A DNA stretch of 63,012 bases, filler included. It is 15 parts of 15 records of this genome, joined end to end, with 100 filler letters (N's around TTAATTAATTAA, not from the genome) between each part and the next. Parts side by side here need not be neighbours in the genome. Positions count along the whole stretch, not along the records: positions 34,503 to 40,458 come from SRR11831586_1786; positions 40,559 to 42,789 come from SRR11831586_1793; positions 42,890 to 46,888 come from SRR11831586_1795; positions 46,989 to 50,703 come from SRR11831586_1797; 11 more parts are not named here. One strand, written 5' to 3'. The position numbers and the translations under genes were made by a program. Shown piece by piece: positions 36,642-50,803 of this stretch; position 1 is the first letter of the stretch; every line of letters begins with the position of its first letter. The notes under the pieces were generated by a model that was given only the letters and a program-made list of their open reading frames with translations, did not search any database and was not told where the DNA came from.

Positions 36642-37382
36642 TTAAAAACGCCAGCTCACCCCGGTGACAAAGGTAAAACTCTCATTACGATCAATCATCG
36701 GGCTGTCGGTAATCTCTTCCGGCAGCTCGCTGTATCCTGCGCTCGCCATCAATACGACGTGCTCTCCTATCGGGTATTTTGCCGTCAGGCTGACATAGGG
36801 CACCCAGGCATCCTGCGCGGAATAACTTGCCAGACCGCTACGACGGGACTCACTCTCTGAAATGCCATAGTAATAGTCACTGAAATTCTCGTCATAATAG
36901 AGAACGCCCAGCGCAGGTGTCAGCGACAGACGACCTATCTGCATTTTGTGGAATACCGATAGCTCCCCCACCCAGCCGTTGCTGTTATCCAGAACGTCCG
37001 CAGCTGCAGAGGCTTTCACGGTTCCCCAACGCTCGTGGTGATACCAGGCAACCCCCGCCATAGCCGTACTATCACGCTTATCAAGCTGTTGCATGGCATA
37101 ATCGTCATTATCGGTAGGGTCAAATTCCAGCGGCATCCAGGATGCGGTCAGGCTAAGTTCATTTTTTTCACTTTGCGACAGAATAAAACCTAACGTGGTC
37201 TGACGAACATAAAAAGTATCACCTTCATAACTAATCAGCGGAATTGCCTTCGTATTTTCATTATAACCGCGATAAGGCGATTCATTATAAGCCGCACCAG
37301 CACCAATGGATAATTCAGAAGCAGTTGCGCTTGCCATAAAAGGCAACGCAAATAACGCCACAATATTGCGATTAATTAACAT
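36642..37382 (-). CDS. yiaT: MipA/OmpV-family outer membrane protein YiaT
   Basis: signal peptide, beta-strand pattern, EITDSPMID, terminal Phe. Confidence 0.9.
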   Translation of the reverse strand: MLINRNIVALFALPFMASATASELSIGAGAAYNESPYRGYNENTKAIPLISYEGDTFYVRQTTLGFILSQSEKNELSLTASWMPLEFDPTDNDDYAMQQLDKRDSTAMAGVAWYHHERWGTVKASAAADVLDNSNGWVGELSVFHKMQIGRLSLTPALGVLYYDENFSDYYYGISESESRRSGLASYSAQDAWVPYVSLTAKYPIGEHVVLMASAGYSELPEEITDSPMIDRNESFTFVTGVSWRF

Positions 37383-37505
37383 GTCCGGTATTCCATTTTA
37401 AAATAAGATAAAAAAGAGTCGGCATAATAATGCTTACAATTTCTCCGGTGCAAGATTCATATTTATATAGTAATATATAAAATTATATATAATTGGGCTG
37501 TTGCG

Positions 37506-38479
37506 ATGACAAAATTACAACTTAAGTACCGGGAGTTAAAAATTATCTCGGTAATCGCTGCCAGTGAAAATATCAGCCATGCCGCGACTGTACTTGGCAT
37601 CGCACAGGCCAACGTCAGCAAATATCTTGCTGATTTTGAATCAAAAGTGGGTTTAAAAGTCTTTGACCGAACCACCCGGCAGCTGATGCTCACACCTTTT
37701 GGCACCGCGCTGTTACCGTACATCAACGACATGCTGGACAGAAACGAGCAACTTAATAATTTTATTGCAGATTATAAGCATGAGAAACGTGGTCGGGTCA
37801 CCATCTACGCCCCAACCGGCATAATTACCTATTTATCCAAACATGTAATCGATAAAATTAAAGATATCGGTGATATCACCTTATCGCTAAAAACCTGCAA
37901 TCTTGAGCGTAATGCCTTTTATGAAGGCGTCGAATTTCCTGATGATTGTGATGTTTTAATCAGCTACGCTCCACCAAAAGATGAATCGCTGGTTGCCAGT
38001 TTTATTACCCAATATGCCGTAACCGCTTATGCCAGCCAGCGCTATCTTGAGAAACATCCCATTAGCCGTCCTGACGAACTCGAACATCACTCCTGTATTT
38101 TGATCGACTCGATGATGATCGACGACGCGAATATCTGGCGCTTCAACGTCGCCGGGAGTAAAGAGGTGCGGGATTATCGCGTGAAGGGAAATTACGTTTG
38201 CGACAACACGCAATCTGCGCTGGAGCTGGCACGAAATCACCTGGGGATTGTGTTTGCGCCAGACAAAAGTGTGCAGAGCGACCTGCAAGACGGCACGCTG
38301 GTGCCCTGCTTTCAGCAACCCTATGAATGGTGGCTGGATCTGGTGGCTATCTTCCGTAAACGGGAATACCAGCCCTGGCGGGTCCAGTATGTGCTGGATG
38401 AAATGCTGCGTGAAATTCGCACCAGCTTGCTCAGTCGCAGCAACTGCGGCCTGAACAAGCGGCGGAAAGCGAAGATTAA
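37506..38479 (+). CDS. yiaU: LysR-family regulator YiaU, with a -1 deletion near 38420 that causes read-through into yiaV (probable sequencing error)
   Basis: LysR HTH (AA..LG.AQ..VSK...FDRTTR); restoring one C gives ...[19 protein letters not shown] at 38479; span 974 = 975-1. Confidence 0.88.
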
Positions 38480-39612
38480 TGATCGAGATAAAGGTAATGC
38501 ACCCAGCTGGTCATGCGTAATAGCACTTTGCGCATCACCGAGACATGGCTGAAATGATCAGAGTAAACCGCCACCTGGGCGTAAATACCGTCTGGTAAAG
38601 CGCTCAAATCAGTGTGCTCATCCAGTTCAATGGTCGCGATAACGCCATCTGAACCCGGCGCTGTGTTTAACGTCTGTAAGGTGCCGGTCGACTGATAAGC
38701 TCCGCCGGGAACGGCTGGACTAATGGCTGCCAGCTTACCGCTGAATACCTTACCTGGCAGAGCATTAAACACCACTTCCGCATCGTCGCCAGGAGCCAGT
38801 CGCAGCAAGGAGTTCTGACGGAACTGCGCCACGATTTGTCGTTTCTGATCGGGTATAAACACCATCACCGGACGTAGCGGCAGCGACGCGGCATAGGTAC
38901 CCGGACGAATCAGTACCTGGGTCACATAACCATCGCTCGGCGCACGCACTATCGTCTGCTCAAGGTTATATTTTGCTTCCGCGAGCTGTGCTTTCAGGCT
39001 GGCGATTTGAGAATGTTCACCCAACACCAGGCTATCCAGCTGGCTCTGGATCTGTTTTTGTTCCGCCGCCGATGACTTCACGGAGGCTTCCTGCGCCAGA
39101 TAATTTTGCCGCGCCACATCGATATCGCGTTCTGAAAACGGGTTTACTTTCGCCTGGCTGCCACGTGCGTAACGCTGATACTCTTTAGCGAATTTATCCC
39201 GCGTGGCCTTTGCCTGCTGAGTATTCGCCGCCATCTCATCTAACTCTGCGCCCAACGCCCGCTGTTTATGTTCTGCGGTAACGATATCCGCCATCAGCCG
39301 ATCCACCCGCGCCTGATAACGCGTCGGGTCCAGTCGAAATAGCACCTCACCTTTTTTAATCAGCGTATTTTTCTTATCCGTCACTTCAATCACCACACCA
39401 GTCACCTGTGGGACAACAGGAATAGAAATAACCGCTTTTTGCGCTTTAAAGGTATACGGATGGTTATAGTTCATTAACAGAATTAGACCGCTGACAATAA
39501 ATATTCCACCCAGGGCCGCTGTGGGAATGGTCCATTTATTTACGGGAATTTTGAAGATCTTAAACATTGCCCATGCAAAAGCCACATAGGTCAAAATAAT
39601 CAGTAAATCCAT
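38476..39612 (-). CDS. yiaV: HlyD-family membrane fusion protein YiaV
   Basis: N-terminal TM segments, PQVTG.V, coiled coil, VRAPSDGYV. Confidence 0.9.
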
Positions 39613-39617
39613 AAGTA

Positions 39618-39941
39618 TTACTCGGCAGAAGAGGATTTGATGTCGGCGAGCTGTTTCTCCAGCCCGGCAATGCGCTGTTGCAGTTGCATAACGGATGAAT
39701 CATGGCTTTGCATTCCCCATCCCCGCTCCGGGCGGTAAAGCGTGGCCCAAATCCACAAAAACGGCCAGATAACATGTAACGTAAAAAGACTCACCCAACC
39801 AGCAACATGAATGGCGTCGGCATGAGGATGATTACGTTTTTTGGCAATCAGGTAGGGAATATCATGTAAAATAATGATCCCATAGAAGATCACCAGAAAT
39901 ACAAAAATAAGCACTCCCAGTGCAAAATAGTCCAGGAACAT
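39618..39941 (-). CDS. yiaW: DUF3302 inner membrane protein YiaW
   Basis: [27 protein letters not shown]. Confidence 0.9.
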
Positions 39942-40123
39942 ATTTCCCTCAAAGAATATAAAAAAGAACAATTAACGCATATTATGAAATGCCATGATGC
40001 AGTGCAATTTCCTTATTTATATAACGACATATTGTTTTTTATATACTTTCTTAAATGTGCTGTCTGGTTTTTCAACAGGACGAGGTTTATCATATTGAAA
40101 TAGTGGAACTATTGGCCAAACTA

Positions 40124-40267
40124 ATGAATAACTCCAGTAAAACATCCACAGTACAGATTAAGCGTATTAAACCTTCAATTATCTACCGTTTATTGCTGAT
40201 TGGCCTCGGATCACCAATGGTGATTTACGGCCTGGTTCGCCCGCTCACCATCGAAACGCGAGATTAA
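40124..40267 (+). CDS. possible 47-aa single-TM small protein
   Basis: basic N-terminus then hydrophobic IIYRLLLIGLGSPMVIYGLV; no clear Shine-Dalgarno. Confidence 0.3.
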   Translation: MNNSSKTSTVQIKRIKPSIIYRLLLIGLGSPMVIYGLVRPLTIETRD

Positions 40268-40371
40268 ACTCCTGACAAAACACGCCCCAGAAACGTACTT
40301 CTGTTGGCGTAGTCTGGGTTATTGCGCACGTAGGTTTAAAACGTAAATTGTAACAACGTGCGCTTTGTTTA

Positions 40372-40455
40372 TGCCGGATGCGGCGTGTACGCCTTATCCG
40401 GCCTACGGTCAGGTTCCCGTAGGCATGATAAGACGCGTAAGCGTCGCATCAGGCA
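40372..40455. repeat. BIME: two inverted REP elements at contig end
   Basis: TGCCGGATGCGGCGT..ACGCCTTATCCGGCCTAC and GTAGGCATGATAAGACGCG..GCGTCGCATCAGGCA. Confidence 0.9.
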
Positions 40456-40458
40456 ATG

Positions 40459-40558
40459 NNNNNNNNNNNNNNNNNNNNNNNNNNNNNNNNNNNNNNNNNN
40501 NNTTAATTAATTAANNNNNNNNNNNNNNNNNNNNNNNNNNNNNNNNNNNNNNNNNNNN
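40459..40558. other. artificial contig linker
   Basis: 44 N + TTAATTAATTAA + 44 N. Confidence 0.99.
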
Positions 40559-41480
<922 letters not shown>

Positions 41481-41539
41481 GGCGTTGCCTCATAATCATG
41501 TAATGGGATAACAGTTTACGAACCCGTTGTGGCTTTATA

Positions 41540-41605
41540 TGTGATCTGAATCTCATTAATTATGCAACGCGTGAAACATACATCAAAAATGCGCGACGCA
41601 TCGCA
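41540..41605. promoter_or_regulatory. tandem CRP-like sites of the cdd promoter (CytR-CRP architecture)
   Basis: TGTGA-N6-TCTCA at 41540-41555 and TGCGC-N6-TCGCA at 41590-41605, about 50 bp apart. Confidence 0.65.
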
Positions 41606-41609
41606 AATT

Positions 41610-42737
<1,128 letters not shown>

Positions 42738-42789
42738 TTAATTCGTAAAACGTGCTACCGATCACATTAAGAAATCAGCGCTTATTTTT

Positions 42790-42889
42790 NNNNNNNNNNN
42801 NNNNNNNNNNNNNNNNNNNNNNNNNNNNNNNNNTTAATTAATTAANNNNNNNNNNNNNNNNNNNNNNNNNNNNNNNNNNNNNNNNNNNN
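42790..42889. other. artificial contig linker
   Basis: 44 N + TTAATTAATTAA + 44 N. Confidence 0.99.
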
Positions 42890-43271
42890 AAAAAATGCCG
42901 GGGTAAACACGCGAATCATCGTCATGCTCACTTATGTGTTGAGCGGGCTGTGTGCGGCGATTGCGGGCATTATCGTGGCGGCGGATATTCGCGGTGCCGA
43001 TGCCAACAACGCTGGGTTATGGCTGGAGCTGGACGCCATTCTCGCGGTGGTGATTGGCGGCGGATCGCTGATGGGCGGGCGCTTTAACCTGCTACTTTCG
43101 GTGGTGGGGGCGCTGATTATTCAGGGGATGAACACCGGAATTTTGCTTTCGGGCTTTCCGCCAGAGATGAACCAGGTGGTGAAAGCGGTGGTGGTGCTTT
43201 GCGTGCTGATTGTTCAGTCGCAACGCTTTATCAGTCTGATTAAAGGAGTACGTAGCCGTGATAAAACGTAA
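42890..43271 (+). CDS. ytfT: galactofuranose ABC permease YtfT, 3' part
   Basis: ELDAILAVVIGG.SL.GG sugar-permease motif; upstream of yjfF. Confidence 0.88.
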
Positions 43272-44253
43272 TTTGCCACTGATGATCACCATCGGCGTCT
43301 TTGTGTTGGGTTATCTTTACTGCCTGACCCAGTTTCCCGGTTTTGCTTCCACAAGAGTGATCTGCAATATCCTGACCGATAATGCCTTTCTTGGGATCAT
43401 TGCCGTTGGCATGACCTTTGTGATCCTCTCAGGTGGGATCGATCTCTCCGTCGGTTCGGTGATCGCCTTTACTGGCGTGTTTCTGGCAAAAGTGATTGGC
43501 GATTTCGGCCTCTCGCCGCTGCTGGCGTTTCCGCTAGTGCTGGTGATGGGCTGTGCCTTCGGCGCATTTATGGGGCTTCTGATCGACGCCCTGAAGATCC
43601 CGGCATTTATCATTACGCTTGCGGGGATGTTCTTTTTGCGCGGCGTCAGCTATCTCGTTTCGGAAGAGTCGATTCCGATAAACCATCCCATTTATGACAC
43701 GCTCTCAAGCCTTGCGTGGAAAATCCCTGGCGGCGGTCGCTTAAGTGCGATGGGACTGCTGATGTTGGCGGTGGTGGTTATCGGCATATTCCTCGCGCAT
43801 CGTACCCGTTTTGGTAATCAGGTATACGCCATTGGCGGCAACGCAACGTCGGCGAATCTGATGGGGATTTCCACTCGCAGCACCACTATTCGCATTTATA
43901 TGCTCTCCACCGGACTGGCAACGCTGGCGGGGATTGTCTTCTCGATTTATACCCAGGCCGGATATGCGCTGGCGGGCGTAGGTGTGGAACTGGATGCTAT
44001 CGCCTCAGTGGTAATTGGCGGTACGCTTTTGAGCGGTGGCGTTGGAACGGTATTAGGGACGCTTTTTGGCGTGGCGATTCAGGGACTGATTCAGACTTAC
44101 ATAAACTTTGATGGCACGCTGAGTTCCTGGTGGACGAAAATCGCCATCGGTATTTTGTTGTTTATTTTTATAGCATTACAGCGTGGATTAACGGTGCTGT
44201 GGGAGAATCGTCAGAGTTCGCCAGTGACAAGAGTCAACATTGCGCAGCAATAA
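43258..44253 (+). CDS. yjfF: galactofuranose ABC permease YjfF
   Basis: GGIDLSVGS and ELDAIASVVIGGT motifs. Confidence 0.9.
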   Translation: MIKRNLPLMITIGVFVLGYLYCLTQFPGFASTRVICNILTDNAFLGIIAVGMTFVILSGGIDLSVGSVIAFTGVFLAKVIGDFGLSPLLAFPLVLVMGCAFGAFMGLLIDALKIPAFIITLAGMFFLRGVSYLVSEESIPINHPIYDTLSSLAWKIPGGGRLSAMGLLMLAVVVIGIFLAHRTRFGNQVYAIGGNATSANLMGISTRSTTIRIYMLSTGLATLAGIVFSIYTQAGYALAGVGVELDAIASVVIGGTLLSGGVGTVLGTLFGVAIQGLIQTYINFDGTLSSWWTKIAIGILLFIFIALQRGLTVLWENRQSSPVTRVNIAQQ

Positions 44254-44279
44254 AAACGCCTCTCCGTGTGGAGAGGCGC
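44252..44279. terminator. terminator hairpin between convergent yjfF and fbp
   Basis: AAAAACGCCTCTCC-GTGT-GGAGAGGCG. Confidence 0.8.
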
Positions 44280-44285
44280 AGGAGA

Positions 44286-45284
44286 TTACGCGTCCGGGAA
44301 CTCACGGATAAAGCGTTCGACATCTTCAACCATATGGTCGTTGCCGACAAAGAATGAACGGCGCTGGTGCAGGGTTTCCGGGATGATATCCAGAATACGC
44401 TCTTTGCCATCGCTCGCTTTACCGCCCGCTTGTTCCGCCAGGAATGCCATCGGGTTGCACTCATACAGCAAACGCAGTTTGCCGTCCGGGTGGCTGGCGG
44501 TGCTTGGGTAGAGATAAATACCGCCTTTCAGCAGGTTACGGTGGAAATCCGCGACCAGTGAACCGATATAACGTGAGGTATAAGGGCGGTTGGTGGATTT
44601 ATCTTCTTCCTGGCAGAATTTAATGTACTTCTTCACCCCGTTCGGAAACTTAATGTAGTTTCCTTCGTTGATGGAGTAGGTTTTGCCTTTCTCCGGGAAG
44701 CGCATCCGTTCCTGGCACAGGCAGAAAACGCCGAGCGAAGGATCGTAAGTAAAGGCGTGAACACCGCATCCGGTGGTGTAAACCAGCATGGTAGAGGAGC
44801 CGTATACCACGTAACCTGCCGCAACCTGTTTGTTACCAGGCTGGAGGAAATCTTCTTCCGTTACCGGCGTGCCAACAGGCGTAACGCGGCGGTAGATGGA
44901 GAAAATGGTACCGACAGAGACGTTAACATCGATGTTGGACGAGCCATCCAGGGGGTCCATCAGCACCACGTATTTTGCGTGTTCACAGCCTTCAAAGACG
45001 ACAATCTCATCTTCTTCTTCAGAGGCAATGCCCGCAACGATATCGCGTGCTTTCAGTGCGGCTTTCAGTTTTTCATTAGCGAACAAGTCGAGTTTCTGCT
45101 GAACCTCGCCCTGCACGTTCTCAGCACCGCTGGCACCCAGGATATCAACCAGTCCTGCTTTGTTGATATCGCGATGGATAATCTTGGCGCCCAGTTTTAT
45201 TGCCGACAGCAAAGCAGTGAGCTCACCGGTAGCATGAGAAAACTCGTGCTGCTTTTCGACAATAAATTCACCTAACGTTTTCAT
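44286..45284 (-). CDS. fbp: fructose-1,6-bisphosphatase class 1
   Basis: DPLDGSSN and GKLRLLYE motifs; 332 aa. Confidence 0.97.
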
Positions 45285-45459
45285 AAAACTTTCCCTGCAA
45301 TGTTTATGGAGTAAAGCGACCGCAACAATCTTAACAAATAATCTCAATGTTGCGCTCAGGTGAATCGCGCCAGCAAATTACGGATTATCCTGAAATGCGT
45401 TTCTCACTTGCCCGACATATGCGTAAAATGAGCGGCAGATTAAAAAAGGATAGTGACGT

Positions 45460-46833
45460 ATGCGCATTCATATTTTAGGAATTTGTGGCACATTTATGGG
45501 CGGTCTGGCGATGCTGGCGCGCCAGTTAGGCCATGAAGTAACGGGTTCGGACGCCAATGTGTATCCGCCGATGAGCACCTTACTTGAGAAGCAAGGCATT
45601 GAGCTGATTCAGGGGTACGATGCCAGCCAGCTCGAGCCGCAGCCGGATCTGGTGATTATTGGCAACGCCATGACCCGTGGAAATCCGTGTGTGGAAGCGG
45701 TACTGGAAAAAAATATCCCTTATATGTCAGGTCCACAGTGGCTGCACGATTTTGTGCTGCGCGACCGCTGGGTGCTGGCCGTTGCCGGTACACACGGCAA
45801 AACCACCACCGCGGGAATGGCGACCTGGATTCTGGAACAGTGTGGTTACAAACCGGGCTTTGTAATCGGCGGTGTGCCGGGGAACTTTGAGGTTTCGGCT
45901 CATCTGGGCGAAAGCGACTTCTTTGTTATCGAAGCGGATGAGTATGACTGCGCCTTCTTCGACAAACGCTCTAAATTTGTTCATTACTGCCCGCGTACGC
46001 TGATCCTCAACAACCTTGAGTTCGATCACGCCGATATCTTTGACGACCTGAAAGCGATCCAGAAACAGTTCCACCATCTGGTGCGTATCGTTCCGGGGCA
46101 GGGCCGTATTATCTGGCCGGAAAATGACATCAACCTGAAACAGACCATGGCGATGGGCTGCTGGAGCGAGCAGGAGCTGGTGGGTGAGCAGGGTCACTGG
46201 CAGGCGAAAAAGCTGACCACCGATGCTTCCGAATGGGAAGTTTTGCTGGATGGCGAAAAAGTGGGCGAAGTGAAATGGTCGCTGGTAGGCGAACATAATA
46301 TGCACAATGGCCTGATGGCGATTGCAGCGGCTCGCCATGTTGGTGTAGCGCCGGCAGATGCCGCTAACGCGCTGGGTTCGTTTATTAATGCTCGTCGCCG
46401 TCTGGAGTTGCGTGGTGAAGCGAATGGCGTCACGGTATATGACGATTTTGCCCATCACCCGACGGCGATTCTGGCAACGCTGGCGGCGCTGCGTGGCAAA
46501 GTTGGTGGTACGGCGCGCATTATTGCTGTGCTGGAGCCGCGCTCGAATACCATGAAAATGGGGATCTGCAAAGACGATCTGGCACCTTCATTAGGTCGTG
46601 CCGATGAAGTCTTCCTGCTGCAACCGGCGCATATTCCGTGGCAGGTGGCAGAAGTGGCAGAAGCCTGCGTTCAGCCTGCACACTGGAGTGGCGATGTGGA
46701 TACGCTGGCAGATATGGTGGTGAAAACCGCTCAGCCTGGCGACCATATTCTGGTGATGAGCAACGGCGGTTTTGGTGGGATCCATCAGAAACTGCTGGAT
46801 GGGCTGGCGAAGAAGGCGGAAGCCGCGCAGTAA
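45460..46833 (+). CDS. mpl: murein peptide ligase Mpl
   Basis: HILGICGTFMGG, GTHGKTT, DDFAHHP. Confidence 0.96.
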   Translation: MRIHILGICGTFMGGLAMLARQLGHEVTGSDANVYPPMSTLLEKQGIELIQGYDASQLEPQPDLVIIGNAMTRGNPCVEAVLEKNIPYMSGPQWLHDFVLRDRWVLAVAGTHGKTTTAGMATWILEQCGYKPGFVIGGVPGNFEVSAHLGESDFFVIEADEYDCAFFDKRSKFVHYCPRTLILNNLEFDHADIFDDLKAIQKQFHHLVRIVPGQGRIIWPENDINLKQTMAMGCWSEQELVGEQGHWQAKKLTTDASEWEVLLDGEKVGEVKWSLVGEHNMHNGLMAIAAARHVGVAPADAANALGSFINARRRLELRGEANGVTVYDDFAHHPTAILATLAALRGKVGGTARIIAVLEPRSNTMKMGICKDDLAPSLGRADEVFLLQPAHIPWQVAEVAEACVQPAHWSGDVDTLADMVVKTAQPGDHILVMSNGGFGGIHQKLLDGLAKKAEAAQ

Positions 46834-46859
46834 TTCGGCCTTAGCCAGATATAGTATGC

Positions 46860-46888
46860 GTAGGCCGGATAAGGCGTTCACGCCGCAT
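46860..46888. repeat. partial REP at contig end
   Basis: GTAGGCCGGATAAGGCGTTCACGCCGCAT. Confidence 0.9.
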
Positions 46889-46988
46889 NNNNNNNNNNNN
46901 NNNNNNNNNNNNNNNNNNNNNNNNNNNNNNNNTTAATTAATTAANNNNNNNNNNNNNNNNNNNNNNNNNNNNNNNNNNNNNNNNNNNN
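46889..46988. other. artificial contig linker
   Basis: 44 N + TTAATTAATTAA + 44 N. Confidence 0.99.
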
Positions 46989-47122
46989 TTTTTATGGAAG
47001 AGGTCTACCTCAAGCCACAATGGATGCAGGATGACGGTATTCATCCCAACCGCGACGCCCAGCCGTTTATTGCCGACTGGATGGCGAAGCAGTTGCAGCC
47101 TTTAGTAAATCATGACTCATAA
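46989..47122 (+). CDS. tesA: thioesterase I/protease I TesA, C-terminal part (not in ORF track)
   Basis: FMEEVYLKPQWMQDDGIHPNRDAQPFIADWMAKQLQPLVNHDS*; DGIHP SGNH block V. Confidence 0.88.
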
Positions 47123-47921
47123 AGCAACGGAGATCCTGACAGGTAAAGTTATGCAAAAATCGGTCTTAATTACCGGATGTTCCAGTGGAATTGGCCTGGA
47201 AAGCGCGCTCGAATTAAAACGCCAGGGTTTTCATGTGCTGGCAGGTTGCCGGAAACCGGATGATGTTGAGCGCATGAACAGCATGGGATTTACCGGCGTG
47301 TTGATCGATCTGGATTCACCAGAAAGTGTTGATCGCGCAGCCGACGAGGTGATCGCCCTGACCGATAATTGTCTGTATGGGATCTTTAACAATGCCGGAT
47401 TCGGCATGTATGGCCCCCTTTCCACCATCAGCCGTGCGCAGATGGAACAGCAGTTTTCCGCCAACTTTTTCGGCGCACACCAGCTCACCATGCGCCTGTT
47501 ACCCGCGATGTTACCGCACGGTGAAGGGCGTATTGTGATGACATCATCGGTGATGGGATTAATCTCCACGCCGGGTCGTGGCGCTTACGCGGCCAGTAAA
47601 TATGCGCTGGAGGCGTGGTCAGATGCACTGCGCATGGAGCTGCGCCACAGCGGAATTAAAGTCAGCCTGATCGAACCCGGTCCCATTCGTACTCGCTTCA
47701 CCGACAACGTCAACCAGACGCAAAGTGATAAACCAGTCGAAAATCCCGGCATCGCCGCCCGCTTTACGTTGGGACCGGAAGCGGTGGTGGACAAAGTACG
47801 CCATGCTTTTATTAGCGAGAAGCCGAAGATGCGCTATCCGGTGACGCTGGTGACCTGGGCGGTAATGGTGCTTAAGCGCCTGCTGCCGGGGCGCGTGATG
47901 GACAAAATATTGCAGGGGTGA
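47112..47921 (+). CDS. ybbO: SDR oxidoreductase YbbO (start may be ATG at 47151)
   Basis: TGCSSGIG, NNAG, YAASK. Confidence 0.92.
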   Translation: MTHKATEILTGKVMQKSVLITGCSSGIGLESALELKRQGFHVLAGCRKPDDVERMNSMGFTGVLIDLDSPESVDRAADEVIALTDNCLYGIFNNAGFGMYGPLSTISRAQMEQQFSANFFGAHQLTMRLLPAMLPHGEGRIVMTSSVMGLISTPGRGAYAASKYALEAWSDALRMELRHSGIKVSLIEPGPIRTRFTDNVNQTQSDKPVENPGIAARFTLGPEAVVDKVRHAFISEKPKMRYPVTLVTWAVMVLKRLLPGRVMDKILQG

Positions 47922-47939
47922 GTTGAAGCGCGCGCTTAA

Positions 47940-48836
<897 letters not shown>

Positions 48837-48866
48837 TATTCCGTTGATCGGCACATGAACCACAAC

Positions 48867-48893
48867 GCCGGATGCGATGCTGCGCATCCGGCA
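48867..48893. repeat. REP-derived hairpin between convergent cnoX and fetB
   Basis: GCCGGATGCG-N6-CGCATCCGGC. Confidence 0.7.
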
Positions 48894-48898
48894 TCGCA

Positions 48899-49678
48899 TC
48901 ATTTCTTCTTCAATTGCGTCACCACCAACTGGTGGCGCGAATTATAAAACTTACGATAGGTTAAATAGCAGGCAATAATGGTCGACAAGCTGGCGGTTGA
49001 GAGCAGCATAAAGGTCACCATAATCTGATATTTAATCGCCTTCACCGGATCAATCCCGGCAAATATCAGCCCGGACATCATTCCTGGTAAACTCACTAAG
49101 CCAACCGTTTTTGCTGAATCGACCGTCGGAATTAAAGCCGCGCGAATACTGTCGCGAATCAATATCGCTGAAGCCTGCTTCGGCGTCGCACCAAGACTCA
49201 GTTTCTCCTGAATCTGTTGCTGTTCGCTAATGACCCGTTGCCCTAAATTGTTGTAACACAACCCCACCGCTACCATGGCGTTACCGGCAATCATCCCGGC
49301 GATAGGGATCACCTGCATCGGGATAAATTCAATCGACCCTGAGAGAATCAGCACCGCCAGGGTAATTCCCGCCCCGACCGTAATGGCAATAAACGATGAG
49401 ATAAAAGCTTTAGCAATATATTTACTGCGTTTTTGCGCGTTCCACGCCGCATTAAAGCAGATAAATAACACCATCAATAATGTCAGGCTGGCATCATCCA
49501 CGCTGAAAATATACTTCAGCACATAGCCGACAATAATCAGCTGAATTATCGCTCGCCCGACGCTCCAGAGAATATCTTTCTCCAGCGCCAGTTTTTCTTT
49601 ATGGCTAATTAAGATTGCCACCACCACCAGCATTAATGCCAGTGCTAATGATTCGTTAGTAATATTATGCGAGTTCAT
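48899..49678 (-). CDS. fetB: iron export ABC permease FetB (YbbM)
   Basis: GLVSLPGMMSGLI.AG..P..A..YQI motif. Confidence 0.92.
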   Translation of the reverse strand: MNSHNITNESLALALMLVVVAILISHKEKLALEKDILWSVGRAIIQLIIVGYVLKYIFSVDDASLTLLMVLFICFNAAWNAQKRSKYIAKAFISSFIAITVGAGITLAVLILSGSIEFIPMQVIPIAGMIAGNAMVAVGLCYNNLGQRVISEQQQIQEKLSLGATPKQASAILIRDSIRAALIPTVDSAKTVGLVSLPGMMSGLIFAGIDPVKAIKYQIMVTFMLLSTASLSTIIACYLTYRKFYNSRHQLVVTQLKKK

Positions 49679-50342
49679 AGCGTGCTTCCTGCATTTCTCC
49701 GGCATGCGGTTGCAGTGTAATCACTTTATCCGCATGATTAATTTCGTCTTTATCGTGTGTCACCCACAGCACGGCAATATTTTGCTCGCGCACATAACGA
49801 TGGATCATCTCATTGACGTTATGTTTATTACTTTCATCCAGCGCACTGGTTATTTCATCCAGCAATAAAACCTTCGGCATAAATTGCAGGTTACGAATCA
49901 ATGAGATGCGTTGTTTTTCACCACCAGATAGCTCGGCGATATTCTTCGTCAAAATGCTGTCCGGCAAGGCGAAGCGTTCGAGAAAATCGAGAAAAATGGC
50001 TGGGTCAGGCTGCCGGTTACGGATCTGCCAGGGAAAGATCAGATTATCGTATACCGTATCGCCAAACAGCGTCGGTGTCTGGGCGCAGTAAGAGACTTGT
50101 TGGCGGTAGATTTCTGGCTTTAGTGTGCTGACATCCTCACCTTCAAACAGTAACGTTCCGCTGGTTGGGCTGATCAATGAAGCAACTATTTTTAGCAGCG
50201 TACTTTTGCCACAACCAGAAGGACCGGTAATTAACTTAAATTCGCCAGCACGCAGCGAAAAATTGATGTTATTAAGAATCTTCGCATCACCCGCCAGATA
50301 TCCTACGTTTTGTAGCTGAAGCAAAGGACTATTTTCCTGCAT
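49665..50342 (-). CDS. fetA: iron export ABC ATPase FetA (YbbL)
   Basis: GPSGCGKS, LSGGE, LLLDE. Confidence 0.92.
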   Translation of the reverse strand: MQENSPLLQLQNVGYLAGDAKILNNINFSLRAGEFKLITGPSGCGKSTLLKIVASLISPTSGTLLFEGEDVSTLKPEIYRQQVSYCAQTPTLFGDTVYDNLIFPWQIRNRQPDPAIFLDFLERFALPDSILTKNIAELSGGEKQRISLIRNLQFMPKVLLLDEITSALDESNKHNVNEMIHRYVREQNIAVLWVTHDKDEINHADKVITLQPHAGEMQEARYELA

Positions 50343-50487
50343 CGCTGTTCCCTTTTTCTGATTTTTACTAAAAACAGTTTATCCTTCGCAGGAATAAGGG
50401 GGAACTCTCTTTCAGTAATCAGGTATAATTTGTTTAATCAAGCAGCAATTTTGCTGATTATGGACGGTACAACAGGAGGTTTTTCCG

Positions 50488-50703
50488 ATGCTTATCTTTA
50501 TCCCGATTCTCATTTTTGTCGCGCTGGTCATTGTCGGCGCGGGTGTCAAAATCGTACCGCAGGGCTATCAGTGGACAGTAGAACGCTTTGGTCGCTATAC
50601 CAAAACGTTACAGCCGGGGCTCAGTCTGGTGGTGCCGTTTATGGATCGCATTGGTCGCAAGATCAATATGATGGAGCAAGTGCTCGATATCCCTTCCCAG
50701 GAA
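50488..50703 (+). CDS. qmcA: SPFH/band-7 protein QmcA, 5' part
   Basis: TM anchor then VKIVPQG...[12 protein letters not shown]. Confidence 0.9.
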
Positions 50704-50803
50704 NNNNNNNNNNNNNNNNNNNNNNNNNNNNNNNNNNNNNNNNNNNNTTAATTAATTAANNNNNNNNNNNNNNNNNNNNNNNNNNNNNNNNNNNNNNNNN
50801 NNN
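50704..50803. other. artificial contig linker
   Basis: 44 N + TTAATTAATTAA + 44 N. Confidence 0.99.

Noticed and set aside
37383-37505. Very AT-rich stretch as a replication origin or foreign insert
   Set aside because: It is the divergent yiaT-yiaU promoter region; no iterons or mobile-element ends are visible.
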